A DNA stretch of 64,000 bases, from the NCBI GenBank assembly GCA_963828125.1, contig CAWHDP010000002.1, positions 800,001 through 864,000 of the forward strand. Direction: 5' to 3'. The first letter of the stretch is position 1. Each line of letters opens with the position of its first letter. Positions 62,998 to 64,000 of the stretch are shown here, piece after piece. The notes beneath the pieces are model-generated. The model did no database searches. It worked only from the letters and a program-made list of their open reading frames with translations, and was not told the origin of the DNA. This stretch comes from an uncultured Chlamydiae bacterium. GTDB taxonomy: Bacteria; Chlamydiota; Chlamydiia; Chlamydiales; SM23-39. Both the position numbers and the translations under genes were made by a program.

Positions 62998-63225
62998 ATG
63001 TTCGGTTTAGAAAAGAAACCCGGTGAAAAATTTGCCTTCGATCTGGAAAAAGAGATCAAAGCGAGACCGACCCGCGGCAAAGAAATTTTGGATATGGTTG
63101 AAAAACGGATCCATGAACTAAAAAAGCACCTGCGCGAGGGGGCTAATGAAAAGGACTTTGATCAACTCGGGATCCTTTTACACGGCTACGCCGCGCTGCA
63201 AAAAGTCTTACGAAAAGTGAAATAG
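62998..63225 (+). CDS. cdsE: T3SS needle chaperone CdsE (CT665-like)
   Basis: FDLEKEIK, LREG, LLHGYAALQKV; operon position. Confidence 0.8.
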   Translation: MFGLEKKPGEKFAFDLEKEIKARPTRGKEILDMVEKRIHELKKHLREGANEKDFDQLGILLHGYAALQKVLRKVK

Positions 63226-63235
63226 GAGCAAACTA

Positions 63236-63484
63236 ATGACTAGCCTACCGGGGATTACGATCTCGTTCCATTCCTTGATTTCCGCATATAAGCGGTTGCA
63301 AGACGCCCTTGTGAAATCAGTGCGAAGCCTCGCGAGTAAAATGAGCCAAGCGACGCCAGGATCGTTTATCTTGCTCCAATTTCAAATGAGCCAGGTGACG
63401 CAAATGGGCGAATCGATCTCCAACTTGATTTCCCAGGTCAACACAGTGATCAGCCACGCGATCCAAAACCAAAAAACGCAGTAG
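63236..63484 (+). CDS. cdsF: T3SS needle subunit CdsF/SctF
   Basis: 82 aa, LQFQMSQVTQMGESISNLIS, between cdsE and cdsG. Confidence 0.75.
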   Translation: MTSLPGITISFHSLISAYKRLQDALVKSVRSLASKMSQATPGSFILLQFQMSQVTQMGESISNLISQVNTVISHAIQNQKTQ

Positions 63485-63493
63485 GGATAAATT

Positions 63494-63913
63494 ATGGCAA
63501 CAAAAAAATACAAAGACGATTTTATCCTCTTGGCAGAGGCCGGTTTTATTGCGGTCAATCAAGCGGACGAAGATGCGGCCCTCAAACTGTTCAGGGCTGC
63601 CGAGCTCCTCGATCCGAAAAACGTCCTTCCAAAAATCGGTTTTGGCTATCTCCATCTCCATAAACTGGAGCTGAAGCAAGCGGTGAAGAATTTTGAAGAG
63701 GTTCTTGAGATCGATCCACAGAATGACATGGCAAAAGCGTTCATGGGACTCTGCTTGAGCATGATGCCGAATTCGATTGATAAAGGGGAAAAAATCTTGG
63801 AACAAACGGTGAAATCGAAAGACCAAGACATCAAAAATATGTCCCATGCCGCGATCGATTTTGTGGAGAAGTTCATCAAAAAAACTCCTGGGCCTGCAAG
63901 CAAAGGTAAATAA
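63494..63913 (+). CDS. cdsG: T3SS TPR needle chaperone CdsG (CT667-like)
   Basis: DFILLAEAGFIAVNQADE..A..LF.AA..LDP TPR. Confidence 0.85.
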   Translation: MATKKYKDDFILLAEAGFIAVNQADEDAALKLFRAAELLDPKNVLPKIGFGYLHLHKLELKQAVKNFEEVLEIDPQNDMAKAFMGLCLSMMPNSIDKGEKILEQTVKSKDQDIKNMSHAAIDFVEKFIKKTPGPASKGK

Positions 63914-64000
63914 TGACCGACAAGAGTCCTGACCGGATCACTCCCGGCAAATCCACCGAACCGCTCAGTCAGTCGATCCCATCGGGAAAGACGCCGAGCG
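63913..64000 (+). CDS. start of next T3SS operon gene (CT668-like), truncated
   Basis: ATG overlapping cdsG stop (TAATG), frame open to window end. Confidence 0.55.
   Translation, partial: MTDKSPDRITPGKSTEPLSQSIPSGKTPS

Overview
Chromosomal window from an environmental member of the phylum Chlamydiota. The assignment rests on chlamydial synteny and markers: phoH/CT016/CT017, CT865-glgB, a SWIB protein, class Ic nrdAB, hrcA-grpE-dnaK, snf2-mreB-pckG, tRNA-Gly-tig-clpP-clpX and the start of the T3SS scc4-cdsDEFG operon. AT-richer accessory genes are interspersed with the core genes and look like host-directed effectors (U-box protein, F-box/ankyrin/tail-anchor protein, atypical kinase-like protein, coiled-coil pair). 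There is also a ~5.8 kb autotransporter, a Cys/Pro-rich MOMP-like porin, a degenerate 2H phosphoesterase and a eukaryote-type xylulokinase. Five genes (ligA, glgB, pssA, autotransporter, mreB) carry single-base frameshifts, mostly in homopolymers, and these are most likely sequencing errors. The most striking non-genic structure is a set of about seven short palindromic/MITE-like elements. Five recur in the window and two are seen once. They cluster in mosaic arrays at gene 3' ends and repeatedly supply the stop codon or last codons of the upstream gene. No CRISPR array, rRNA, prophage or transposase was seen. Gene calls come from motif recognition only; no database searches were run.
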